NCBI GenBank assembly: GCA_050262655.1
Contig: JBLNEM010000509.1
Span: forward strand, 794 to 64,793
Source of the DNA: Mycobacterium leprae
GTDB lineage: Bacteria > Bacillota > Sulfobacillia > Symbiobacteriales > Symbiobacteriaceae
Length of the DNA: 64,000 nucleotides
Direction of reading: 5' to 3'
Within the stretch, counting starts at the first letter, position 1. Every line of letters begins with the position of its first letter. Under the pieces are notes generated by a model. It was not told the DNA's origin. It made no database searches and saw only the letters and a list, made by a program, of their open reading frames with translations. This document shows, one piece after another, positions 26,931 to 35,611 of the stretch. The translations under genes and the position numbers were made by a program.

Positions 26931-26986
26931 TAAGCGGCGTCAATCCATTACCCAATAGCAGCCTTAAGGTGGAGGAGGGCACCGGA

Positions 26987-27727
26987 ATGAACCTGAAACG
27001 ACCCGCCCGTAGAAGCTTAACGGCACTCCTCGGCGGGATCCTCCTGGTAGTGGTCGGGCTGGCGGTTAACGCACAGACGGCTGCAGCGGAGACAATTGAC
27101 AAGCAACTGGCGAACCCGTCCGATCCGGACGGGAATGCGGCGTGTCTGGCGTGTCACAGCCAGGCGCAGGAGATGGTCCGGGACGGCAATCACATATCGG
27201 TGCAGGTCGATCCGAACACTTACAACAACTCGGTACATGGCATCATCTCTTGTGTTCGATGCCATGCCGAGGTGGGCGAGGATCACGCCAAGAACCCCGC
27301 CAAACCTCTGAATCTGCCCACCGGACGAGACCTCAGGGTTCTCAAGTCTGAGGGGTGCATCAAGTGCCATGGGGGCAAGTACCCAGAAAGCTACAATCTC
27401 AGTTTCCATGGCGTCGCCGTCAGCAGCGGCGATAACCGTGCCGCTACTTGCGTGGACTGCCATGGCGTACACAACATTCTACCGTCACGCAACCCGGCGT
27501 CGCAGGTAGCGTCGGCCAATCTGGCGCAAACGTGCGGCACGACTGGGTGCCACCAGAATGTGCCGGCCAACTTTGCGAACGGCACGGAGCATTTTGTGGC
27601 GGCCAAACCTGAGGCCGGCGGCCTCAATATCATCTACAAGTTGTTTATGGGGCTGATCTGCTTCGACGCCATGAAGGATGGGCCGATTGTTATGTTCGAC
27701 CTGCTCAGGCGTCTGCGTCGGCACTAG
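26987..27727 (+). CDS. Exported pentahaem c-type cytochrome (cytochrome c3-like)
   Basis: The ATG at 26987 follows AAGGTGGAGGAGG. Signal/anchor MNLKRPARRSLTALLGGILLVVVGLAVNAQTAAA. Haem motifs are CLACH, CVRCH, CIKCH, CVDCH plus the CX4CH motif CGTTGCH. It ends in a hydrophobic/amphipathic C-terminus. Confidence 0.85.
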   Translation: MNLKRPARRSLTALLGGILLVVVGLAVNAQTAAAETIDKQLANPSDPDGNAACLACHSQAQEMVRDGNHISVQVDPNTYNNSVHGIISCVRCHAEVGEDHAKNPAKPLNLPTGRDLRVLKSEGCIKCHGGKYPESYNLSFHGVAVSSGDNRAATCVDCHGVHNILPSRNPASQVASANLAQTCGTTGCHQNVPANFANGTEHFVAAKPEAGGLNIIYKLFMGLICFDAMKDGPIVMFDLLRRLRRH

Positions 27728-27740
27728 GGGGTGTAGTGAA

Positions 27741-28580
27741 GTGAGTAATAACAAAGCGGTTTATTACCAGCGATGGAATCTGCAGCACCGCCTGCAGCAT
27801 ATCTCCCTGGTGATTTCGATGATCGGGCTGCTCTGGACTGGCATGGCAATGAAGTTCTATACCGAAGCCTGGGCTAAAGGGACCTTCCGGATCTTCACGG
27901 GCTTCCATGGCACACTGATTGTGCACAAGATTTCGGCCGCCCTGCTAATCCTGGTCTCTGTCTGGCATCTGTCTTACCTGCTCACCTACCTGGCCAAACA
28001 CGGCGTGAAGGAGGCAGGGCCCAGGAGTTGGGCTATGCTCCCGGGTTTGAAGGACTTCATTGACGCCAAGGACCATGCGTTATACCTGCTCAAGCTCTCG
28101 GACAAGCCGCCGCAATATGACCGCTACAGCTACCTTGAGAAGTTCGAATACCTGTCGATTTTCTGGGGCATGGCGGCGATGGGGCTCTCCGGTGCTGCAT
28201 TGTGGTTCCCCGAGGTGGCAGCCCAGTGGATTCCCCGCTCCTGGCTGGATGGGCTAAGGCTCATTCACACCAACGAGGCGCTGGTCGCCTTGATCGCTCT
28301 CGCCTATGGCCATCTGTTTACGGCTCACTTCAACCCAATCTTCTTCCCACAGAACTCCATGTATTTGACTGGCAAGATCTCGCTGGAACACATGCTGGAG
28401 GAGCATCCCGCTGAATATGCACGCCTGGCAAGCAAGGGCGACCTGCCCGCTATGGCCGGCAGCAGTCACGAGCATGGACTGACGGGCTGGCGGTGGGGGC
28501 TGGGTGCCGTTGAGCTGATCATCTACTCGGCAGTGTTCTACTACCTGTTGTACACGTTCATTCCGAAACTACTGGCATAA
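27741..28580 (+). CDS. Membrane di-haem cytochrome b (FdnI/HydC, Ni_hydr_CYTB-like)
   Basis: The GTG at 27741 follows AGGGGGTG. The sequence YQRWNLQHRLQHISLVISMIGLLWTGMAM leads four to five TM helices with conserved His residues (HKISAALL, SVWHLSY, LIHTNEA). Confidence 0.8.
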   Translation: MSNNKAVYYQRWNLQHRLQHISLVISMIGLLWTGMAMKFYTEAWAKGTFRIFTGFHGTLIVHKISAALLILVSVWHLSYLLTYLAKHGVKEAGPRSWAMLPGLKDFIDAKDHALYLLKLSDKPPQYDRYSYLEKFEYLSIFWGMAAMGLSGAALWFPEVAAQWIPRSWLDGLRLIHTNEALVALIALAYGHLFTAHFNPIFFPQNSMYLTGKISLEHMLEEHPAEYARLASKGDLPAMAGSSHEHGLTGWRWGLGAVELIIYSAVFYYLLYTFIPKLLA

Positions 28581-28593
28581 GGGGGGAGGCTCC

Positions 28594-30456
28594 TTGAAGC
28601 GCAAGATTAACTGGGCAATTCCGGGCCTCCTGGGCATCGTGCTGTTTATCGCCGCCATGGTGTTCATGCAGCGAGGCGCTACTGCTCTGACCAACCCGAC
28701 GGCCGCCGCATCGGAGTGTGCGGCATGCCACAACATGGAGCAGCAGGTATCCTCCTGGGAGCATTCGGCTCACAAGGATGCTGCTTGCACCACTTGTCAT
28801 ACTGACCCCGGCGTAAAGGGCTGGTTGGAGGTTAAGCTGGGCGAGCGCCAGATGAAGGCAGCCCTGGATAAGGGCTCTGCCGAGGGGCAAGTCACAGCCA
28901 TCACCAAGGAAGTGCCCAACGAACGCTGCATCTCCTGCCACGCCAAGCAGATGCCTTGGGTCATGCAGGACTTACAGCCGCCCAAACTTGATGGCAATGG
29001 CGAGCCCGTCCGGGTGGCCAACTCAGCGTTGGAGTTCCTGCCTGGCATTGCCGGACACGATGTACACCTGACCGCAGAGCAGCCGCTGAAGTGCGTGGAT
29101 TGCCACTTCGATGCTACCCATGGTCCGGCTGACAAGGCGCAGCAGGTGGCCGATATGCACCAGGCCTGCCTGGACTGCCACGCCAAGGAGAAAGTGGCGC
29201 TAACGGTCAAGAATACGGTTTCGTGCTCTGCCTGCCATAACGACTTGGCGAAGGTAGCCCCGGATGATCATAAGAACAATGCCTTCCGGGAGAGCCACGG
29301 CAAGATTGCTGCGACCCAGCCGGAGACCTGCCAGAACTGCCATCTCAACCCCGGCCTTGGGGCCAAGGCAGCAGACAGTGGCACCACAGTTCATCCGGTC
29401 GTTCAAACAACCGTCTCCGGAGCAGCGGAAAGCCAGGTTCAGTTCAATGTTCAGTTCCCGCCTGGAACGCTTAACGTGCCGCCGGACATGACGGACGCAT
29501 GTGCTTCGTGCCACGGCACGACCATGCCGCACCCGAAGGACTGGCTGAAGGACCACGCGACGGGTTATCAGGAGAAACCGGAGATGTGTGCCTCCTGCCA
29601 CGGCACCACAACCCAGGGCTTCGATATGAAGGTGACGGGCAACCCCCGCACCCTCTCCACCACCGATCCTACCTGTACGAGCTGTCATGCGCAACCGATG
29701 CCTCACCCGGCCGATTGGCTGACGGGTGGACACCAGAACGCGGCTACGGCTGCACCGCAGACTTGTGACCAGTGCCACTCGGCCAAGAACCCGGCTCATC
29801 CGAATGCCGATTATGCATCGCCGCAATACTGCCTGAACTGCCACCTGGGCAAGTACAGTCATCCGCTGAACTGGCTCGACCAGCACCGGTTCTCGCTGCA
29901 GTCCTATGGCGGTGACCAGACGAAGGCCGGCTGCACGCAGTGTCACACGGCGACCACCAACAGTTGCACGTCCTGCCATACCAACGGTGTCGGCAACCAG
30001 CAGCAGTGGCATCCCAGCGACTTCGTCGCCACCCACAAGGATCAACTGGCTTCGTACGGGGACAACCCAACGGCAGCCGGCTGCACCAGTTGCCACACGG
30101 TGACCGGCAGTGGGTTCAACAGCTGCGTCACTTGCCACACCAACGGGATTGAAAGCAAAGAATGGCATCCGGCGGAGTTCATCGCCACGCACAAGGACCA
30201 GTTGGCAGCCGTGAATGATGACCCGCAGGCTGCTGGCTGCACCAAGTGCCACACGACCAGCAACACGGCCAAGACCAGCTTCAACAGCTGCACGGCCTGC
30301 CACACCGATGGTCTGAATGTGGCCACGCAGTGGCATCCGGATAATTGGTGGATCGCTCACGCCTACCAGGTGAACGATAGCAACAAGGCCAGCTGCTACT
30401 CCTGCCACGACTACGTCCAGCCTGCCTGCACGAAGTGCCATGTTAACAAGCCGTAG
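28594..30456 (+). CDS. Membrane-anchored 20-haem c-type cytochrome with a NapC/NirT/NrfH-like N-terminal module
   Basis: One N-terminal TM helix. The first motif, CAACHNM, is the CxxCHxM hallmark of the NrfH/NapC family. I counted 20 CxxCH motifs in 620 aa. Confidence 0.9.
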   Translation: MKRKINWAIPGLLGIVLFIAAMVFMQRGATALTNPTAAASECAACHNMEQQVSSWEHSAHKDAACTTCHTDPGVKGWLEVKLGERQMKAALDKGSAEGQVTAITKEVPNERCISCHAKQMPWVMQDLQPPKLDGNGEPVRVANSALEFLPGIAGHDVHLTAEQPLKCVDCHFDATHGPADKAQQVADMHQACLDCHAKEKVALTVKNTVSCSACHNDLAKVAPDDHKNNAFRESHGKIAATQPETCQNCHLNPGLGAKAADSGTTVHPVVQTTVSGAAESQVQFNVQFPPGTLNVPPDMTDACASCHGTTMPHPKDWLKDHATGYQEKPEMCASCHGTTTQGFDMKVTGNPRTLSTTDPTCTSCHAQPMPHPADWLTGGHQNAATAAPQTCDQCHSAKNPAHPNADYASPQYCLNCHLGKYSHPLNWLDQHRFSLQSYGGDQTKAGCTQCHTATTNSCTSCHTNGVGNQQQWHPSDFVATHKDQLASYGDNPTAAGCTSCHTVTGSGFNSCVTCHTNGIESKEWHPAEFIATHKDQLAAVNDDPQAAGCTKCHTTSNTAKTSFNSCTACHTDGLNVATQWHPDNWWIAHAYQVNDSNKASCYSCHDYVQPACTKCHVNKP

Positions 30457-30483
30457 GGCTTGATAGCACTCCAGCGGAAAAGC

Positions 30484-30513
30484 AAACCCCCGGGTGAATT
30501 CACCCGGGGGTTT
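30484..30513. terminator. Bidirectional intrinsic terminator (cytochrome operon / lgt)
   Basis: Perfect palindrome AAACCCCCGGGTGAATTCACCCGGGGGTTT. Confidence 0.8.
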
Positions 30514-30520
30514 CGTTCTC

Positions 30521-31312
30521 TCAGACCGTCTTCGAACGGTTACGCATCTGGAAGAACAGAAGGAGGCCAACACCTACAATAATCTGCAGCAGGGCCATTC
30601 CCTGCGCCACGCGGATGCCGAAGAAGAAGGAGCTATCCTCCCGGATCGACTCAATGGCAAACCGCCCGATGTTGTAGAGGATAAGATACAGGCTGAAGAC
30701 CGTACCGGCGACAGGCTTCTTTCGCTGCACCAGATACAGGGCAACGAAGCAGAGCAGGTTCCAAAGGCTCTCATAGAGGAAAGTGGGATGCATGACCGTG
30801 CCCTCAATCGTCATGCCCTCACGCAGCCAGGCTGGCATGTGGCTAATCAGCCAGGCTGGAGCAGGACCGCCATAGGCCTCCTGATTGAAGAAGTTACCCC
30901 AGCGCCCAACCGCCTGAGCCAGAACCAGTCCCGGCCCGATCATGTCCGCCCATAGCCAGAAGGATTGTCGCTTTCGCCAGACGTAGATGCCGCCGCAGAG
31001 CAAGGCGCCAAGCACGCCGCCGTGGATGGCCAACCCACCATGCCAGATGGCCAAAATCTCCCCGGGGTGTTCCCGGTAATAGGGCCAACTCAGGATGAAC
31101 ACTTCATACAAGCGGGCGCCCAATATGCCAGCCGGCACGATAATCATGGCCAGGTCCGGGACGAAATCAGGATCAAGCCCCCGACGCTCCGCTGCTTTCA
31201 TGGTCAGCCAGATCGCAGCCAGAATGCCGGTTACGAAGATGAGACCATACCAGCGCACGCTGATCGGGCCCAGGTGAAGTGCTACAGGATCAATAAATGC
31301 GGCCGTCAGCAT
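30521..31312 (-). CDS. lgt: Prolipoprotein diacylglyceryl transferase
   Basis: ISVRWYGLIF, HGGLAIHGG, GRWGNFFNQEAYG, HPTFLYESLWN. Confidence 0.95.
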   Translation of the reverse strand: MLTAAFIDPVALHLGPISVRWYGLIFVTGILAAIWLTMKAAERRGLDPDFVPDLAMIIVPAGILGARLYEVFILSWPYYREHPGEILAIWHGGLAIHGGVLGALLCGGIYVWRKRQSFWLWADMIGPGLVLAQAVGRWGNFFNQEAYGGPAPAWLISHMPAWLREGMTIEGTVMHPTFLYESLWNLLCFVALYLVQRKKPVAGTVFSLYLILYNIGRFAIESIREDSSFFFGIRVAQGMALLQIIVGVGLLLFFQMRNRSKTV

Positions 31313-31406
31313 GAGATGCCTCCCTCGGAAAACATTTCTAGGCGCTTCCTTATTATCGCAGGTTCAAAGCAATAGGGAAAGGCGTAATGGAAGCCACTCA
31401 AAAAGA

Positions 31407-31442
31407 ACACCGGAAGAAGGCGACTAGCCTATCTTCCGGTGT
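31407..31442. terminator. Hairpin terminator downstream of the ArsR-family gene
   Basis: ACACCGGAAGA-13 nt-TCTTCCGGTGT, with A/T runs on both sides. Confidence 0.6.
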
Positions 31443-31458
31443 TTTTGGGTTGTCTGCC

Positions 31459-31800
31459 TTACTGGCCGCCTTGCGCCGCTACCTGATCCAGGAGCACTGA
31501 CTGGCGGGAAAGCTGCTCCGTGAGCACTTGCCGGACCGCATTGCAGACTGCCATAATGTGCTCCGAGGAAACATGGTAGTACATGTTGAGGCCTTCCTTG
31601 CGCGATTCGACGAGTCCATGCTGCTTCATTAGGGAAAGATGTTGAGAGAGATTTGGCATGGTGACATCGACAGCCCTGGCTAGTTCGCCGGCGGTCAACT
31701 CCATGTCCTTGAGGGTATAGAGAATCTCCAACCGTTTGGGGCTAGCCAAGACCTGACAAAGACGGGCCTGCAGTTCGAATACCCGCTTGTCCTGTTCCAC
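31459..31800 (-). CDS. ArsR/SmtB-family metalloregulatory transcriptional repressor
   Basis: LASPKRLEILYTLKDMELTAGELARAVDVTMPNLSQHLSLMKQHGLVESRKEG.NMYY. Confidence 0.85.
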   Translation of the reverse strand: MEQDKRVFELQARLCQVLASPKRLEILYTLKDMELTAGELARAVDVTMPNLSQHLSLMKQHGLVESRKEGLNMYYHVSSEHIMAVCNAVRQVLTEQLSRQSVLLDQVAAQGGQ

Positions 31801-32006
31801 CCCACAGCACCTCCCTACAACTGAAACCTCTAATATAGAAATTATTTACCTTCCTTTAGGTTTTGTCAACGATTTAGGGGCTGTATTGAATAAATCTTTG
31901 TCGGATTTTCACATGGCTTCGTACGCAAGGGAAAGCACTATAGTATACTGATACGTTCTAATCCTGTCTACGTTATTCTGATGAAATGCTGATTGCAGTT
32001 TACCGA

Positions 32007-32034
32007 TTGACAACGACCGGTGGAGAGATACAAT
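32007..32034 (+). promoter_or_regulatory. SigA-type promoter upstream of pdhA
   Basis: TTGACA-16 nt-TACAAT, about 105 nt upstream of the pdhA start. Confidence 0.55.
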
Positions 32035-32144
32035 ATATGTAGTACGAAAGTACCATAACTACTGGCACAAAGGCCTAGACCTGAGATAAAGCACTAGACC
32101 TTCCTGGACCGCCGGGTCACATTTCTTGGAGGAGGTTTAACTCT

Positions 32145-33257
32145 GTGGAGTTGACAAACGCAACCAAGATCGATACTGAAAAGCTGTTTGAGGTCAGGCG
32201 AGTTTTGAATCCGGACGGGACACTGGTTGGGCCGGAGCCCGATTTCACTCCCGAGCAACTGAAAGACGTTTATCGACTGATGGTTTTCCTACGGACATTC
32301 GACCAGCGTTGCTTGAACCTGCAGCGGCAGGGGCGCATGGGCACGTTTGCCCCATATAGCGGGCAGGAGGCCTGCCAGGTTGGCTCCACCTATCTGCTGC
32401 AGAAGGGCAAGGACTGGATCTTCCCGACCTACCGTGACCATGGCGCCATGCAGGTGATGGGTGTGCCGGCCGTAAACATCCTCCGATACTCCATGGGCGA
32501 CGAGCGGGGGAACCATGCGCCGGAGGGCGTGAATGCCTTCCCGATCTCCATTCCCATCGCCACTCAGCTGGTTCATGCAGTGGGTGTGGCTTGGGGTGCC
32601 AAGATTAAGGGTGAGGATGTCGTCACGGTAGGATACGCCGGCGACGGCGGCACTTCCCCGGGTGACTTCCATGAAGCGCTGAACTTTGCCGCGGTGTTTA
32701 ATACGGCCTCGATCATCTTCATTCAGAACAACGGCTACGCAATCTCGACGCCGAATACCAGGCAGTTCAAGACCCACGGTATTGCTCAGCGGGCCCTTGG
32801 CTACGACATTCCGGGCGTGCGGGTCGATGGTCAGGACATCCTGGCGGTCCTCTCCGTGATGAAGGAAGCCATCGATCGGGCACGCAGCGGCGGCGGACCC
32901 ACCCTGGTAGAGGCACTCACGTTCCGTTACGGGCCGCACACGACGTCCGATGATCCGAAGCGGTATCGGACCCAGGAGGAACTGGAGGAGTGGCAGGCCA
33001 GGGACCCGATCGAACGGCTGCGCAAGTATCTGGTCGCCAAGGGCCAGTGGACCGATGCCGAGGACGAGACACTGTGGAACTGGGCCAAAGATCAGGTAGC
33101 AGCCGCTGTTACCGAGGCCGAGGCCACGCCGAAGCCCAGCATTGACGAGCTGTTCGACTTCCTGTATGAGAAGCCCACTCCTGAGCTGGAGCGGCAGAAG
33201 GAGTACCTGAAGGCGTACCTGAGCAAGCAGGGCGGGGAGGCTAAGGCACATGGCTAA
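32145..33257 (+). CDS. pdhA: Pyruvate dehydrogenase E1 component, alpha subunit
   Basis: FDQRCLNLQRQGRMGTFAPYSGQEACQVGS, and the ThDP motif GDGGTSPGDFHEALNFA...IFIQNNGYAIS. Confidence 0.85.
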   Translation: MELTNATKIDTEKLFEVRRVLNPDGTLVGPEPDFTPEQLKDVYRLMVFLRTFDQRCLNLQRQGRMGTFAPYSGQEACQVGSTYLLQKGKDWIFPTYRDHGAMQVMGVPAVNILRYSMGDERGNHAPEGVNAFPISIPIATQLVHAVGVAWGAKIKGEDVVTVGYAGDGGTSPGDFHEALNFAAVFNTASIIFIQNNGYAISTPNTRQFKTHGIAQRALGYDIPGVRVDGQDILAVLSVMKEAIDRARSGGGPTLVEALTFRYGPHTTSDDPKRYRTQEELEEWQARDPIERLRKYLVAKGQWTDAEDETLWNWAKDQVAAAVTEAEATPKPSIDELFDFLYEKPTPELERQKEYLKAYLSKQGGEAKAHG

Positions 33258-34230
33258 GATGACGTTGATCGCTGCCATCAACAATGCGCTGAAGGTGGCA
33301 ATGCAAAAGGACCCCAACGTGGTTGTGATCGGTGAAGATGTCGGCATCAACGGCGGTGTCTTCCGCGCAACCGACGGCTTGATCAAGGAGTTCGGCGGTG
33401 AACGGGTGATTGACTCGCCGCTGGCGGAGTCTGGGTTTATCGGCGCCGCTATGGGCATGGCGATTTACGGGCTGCGGCCGGTGGCCGAAGTTCAGTTCGA
33501 CGGCTTTCTGGCACCCGCCCATGAGCATCTGGTGAACCACATTGCGCGCATCCGGCACCGCAGCCGGGGGCGCTGGCACGTGCCCATGGTCATTCGCATT
33601 CCGTCCTTCGGCGGCATCAAGGCTTTGGAGCATCACTCGGAGTCCATTGAGGGTTGGTACCTGAACAACCCGGGGCTCAAGATTGTTGTGCCCTCCAACC
33701 CATACGACGCCAAGGGCCTGCTGCTAGCGGCGATTGAAGACAATGATCCAGTGCTCTTCATGGAGCCGAAGCGTCTCTACCGCGCCTTCCGGGCGGAAGT
33801 GCCAGAGGAGTACTACACGGTTCCCATCGGTAAGGCCGCCATCGCTCGGGAAGGCTCTGACATGACCATTCTCACCTATGGCCCCCACGTGCACACCGCC
33901 CTGGAGGCAGCAGAGAAGGCCTATGCTGATCACGGCTGGCAGACGGAAGTGGTTGACCTGCGCAGCCTGAACCCGCTCGATCTCGACACGATCCTGGCTT
34001 CGGTCAAGAAGACTCGCCGGGTAGTGGTCCTGAACGAGGCCCCGCGTACGAATGCCTTCACCAGTGAGCTGATCGCGCTGATCAACGACCACGCCCTGGA
34101 GTACCTGGAGGCGCCGGTTGCTCGGGTTACCGGCTTTGACGTGCCCATGCCCTACCTGTTGACCGAGGATCTTTATATCCCGGACGCAGGGCGCGTCCTG
34201 GACGCCATGGTGGGCGTAAAGAGCTACTAG
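33250..34230 (+). CDS. pdhB: Pyruvate dehydrogenase E1 component, beta subunit
   Basis: MTLIAAINNALKVAM..DPNVVVIGEDVG..GGVFRAT.GL...FG..RVIDSPLAESG. Confidence 0.9.
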   Translation: MAKMTLIAAINNALKVAMQKDPNVVVIGEDVGINGGVFRATDGLIKEFGGERVIDSPLAESGFIGAAMGMAIYGLRPVAEVQFDGFLAPAHEHLVNHIARIRHRSRGRWHVPMVIRIPSFGGIKALEHHSESIEGWYLNNPGLKIVVPSNPYDAKGLLLAAIEDNDPVLFMEPKRLYRAFRAEVPEEYYTVPIGKAAIAREGSDMTILTYGPHVHTALEAAEKAYADHGWQTEVVDLRSLNPLDLDTILASVKKTRRVVVLNEAPRTNAFTSELIALINDHALEYLEAPVARVTGFDVPMPYLLTEDLYIPDAGRVLDAMVGVKSY

Positions 34231-34247
34231 CTGGGAGGAGGACCCCG

Positions 34248-35609
34248 ATGGCTATCGAGTTCAAACTGCCGGACGTCGGCGAAGGCCTGCATGAAGCGGA
34301 ACTATTGCAGTGGTTGGTCAAGGAAGGCGACTATGTACGCGAGGACCAGCCGATTATGGAGGTTCAGACCGACAAGGCAGCAGTGGAAATCACCTCTCCG
34401 GTTAACTCAAAGATTGCCAAGCTGATCGGCAAGGTGGGCGAGATTCTGCATGTCGGCAGTGTGGTTGTCGTATTTGGTGAAGGCGATGCCGCCGGCACCG
34501 CCGGCACCGTTCCCACGGCCCATGAAGCGGCGGCAGCAGTAGCCGCTGCGGCACCGGCCGGCGCCGCACCGCAGGCGACGGCCGATCTGGCGCCTGCATC
34601 TGCTGCAGTGGCGACTGCCGTTGCCGCTCCGCCTGCACCGGCAGTCACAGCCGTGGCAGCGGGCGGTCGAGCCCTGGCTGCCCCGGCCACTCGCAAGCTG
34701 GCCCGTGAGATGGGGCTGGACATCAACACAGTTCCCGGCAGCGGCCCAGCCGGTCGGGTTACCCCCGACGACTTGAGGCACTTTACTCCGGGCGCTGCAC
34801 AGGCTCAGGCACCGGCTCCATCCGTAGCTGCAACCGCACCGGCACCGGCAATTGCAGCGGCTGCTCCGGCGCCCGCTCCGACCGCAGTGGCACCTGCTGC
34901 ACCAGGTCTGGAGGAGCGGATTCCGCTGAAGGGCATTCGCAAGGTGATCGCCGAGCGCATGGTAGCCTCCAAGCACACGGCGCCGCACGTCACAGTGGTA
35001 GACGAAGTGGACATGACCGAGTTGATTGCGTTCAGGGCCACAGCCAAGGAGATGGCGGCCAAGAAGGGCATCAAGCTGAGCTTCCTGCCGTTTATCTTCA
35101 AGGCCCTCACCACTGCCCTGAAGGAATTCCCCTATGTGAACGCCCGGATCGATGACGAACGCCAGGAGATCGTCCTGCGCAAGGAGTACCACATGGGCAT
35201 GGCCCTGGACACGGAGGCCGGTCTGCTGGTTCCCGTGATTCGGGACGTCGACAAGAAGTCGGTCTTTGCGATCGCCAAGGAGATGCAGGACCTGATCGAG
35301 CGCGGTCGGTCCGGGAAGCTTTCGCCGGACGAACTGCGTGGCAGCACCTTTACGGTCTCGAACCAGGGATCCATCGGTGGCCTGTTCTTCACGCCGGTGA
35401 TTAACCACCCGGAAGTGGCGATCCTGGGCGTCGGTCAGACGCAGGAGCGTGCCGTGGTTCGGAACGGCGAGGTTGTCGTGCGGCAGATGTGCTACCTGGC
35501 GCTCTCGTTCGACCACCGGCTGATTGACGGTGGCATGGGCACTCGTTTCCTCAGCCGGGTTGTCGAGCTGCTGAGCAATCCGACCCAGTTGATGATGGAG
35601 GCGATGTAA
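34248..35609 (+). CDS. pdhC: Dihydrolipoamide acetyltransferase, E2 component
   Basis: Lipoyl domain (EVQTDKAAVEITSP), Ala/Pro-rich linkers, the subunit-binding domain ATRKLAREMGLDI, and the catalytic motif SFDHRLIDG. Confidence 0.9.
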   Translation: MAIEFKLPDVGEGLHEAELLQWLVKEGDYVREDQPIMEVQTDKAAVEITSPVNSKIAKLIGKVGEILHVGSVVVVFGEGDAAGTAGTVPTAHEAAAAVAAAAPAGAAPQATADLAPASAAVATAVAAPPAPAVTAVAAGGRALAAPATRKLAREMGLDINTVPGSGPAGRVTPDDLRHFTPGAAQAQAPAPSVAATAPAPAIAAAAPAPAPTAVAPAAPGLEERIPLKGIRKVIAERMVASKHTAPHVTVVDEVDMTELIAFRATAKEMAAKKGIKLSFLPFIFKALTTALKEFPYVNARIDDERQEIVLRKEYHMGMALDTEAGLLVPVIRDVDKKSVFAIAKEMQDLIERGRSGKLSPDELRGSTFTVSNQGSIGGLFFTPVINHPEVAILGVGQTQERAVVRNGEVVVRQMCYLALSFDHRLIDGGMGTRFLSRVVELLSNPTQLMMEAM

Positions 35610-35611
35610 CC

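Noticed and set aside
26858-26986. Longer N-terminal extension of the first cytochrome (ORF track start at 26858)
   Set aside because: The extension (MTRQHNSRRGAQGRRSKTV...) lacks a Shine-Dalgarno and would bury the signal peptide. The ATG at 26987 follows AAGGTGGAGGAGG and begins a canonical signal sequence. The extension would also run across the TGTGA-N6-TCACA box.
29200-30573. 457-aa minus-strand ORF opposite the 20-haem cytochrome gene
   Set aside because: It is a shadow ORF. The plus strand encodes 20 regularly spaced CxxCH motifs, which cannot be accidental. The antisense product is Arg/Val/Gly-rich with no features.
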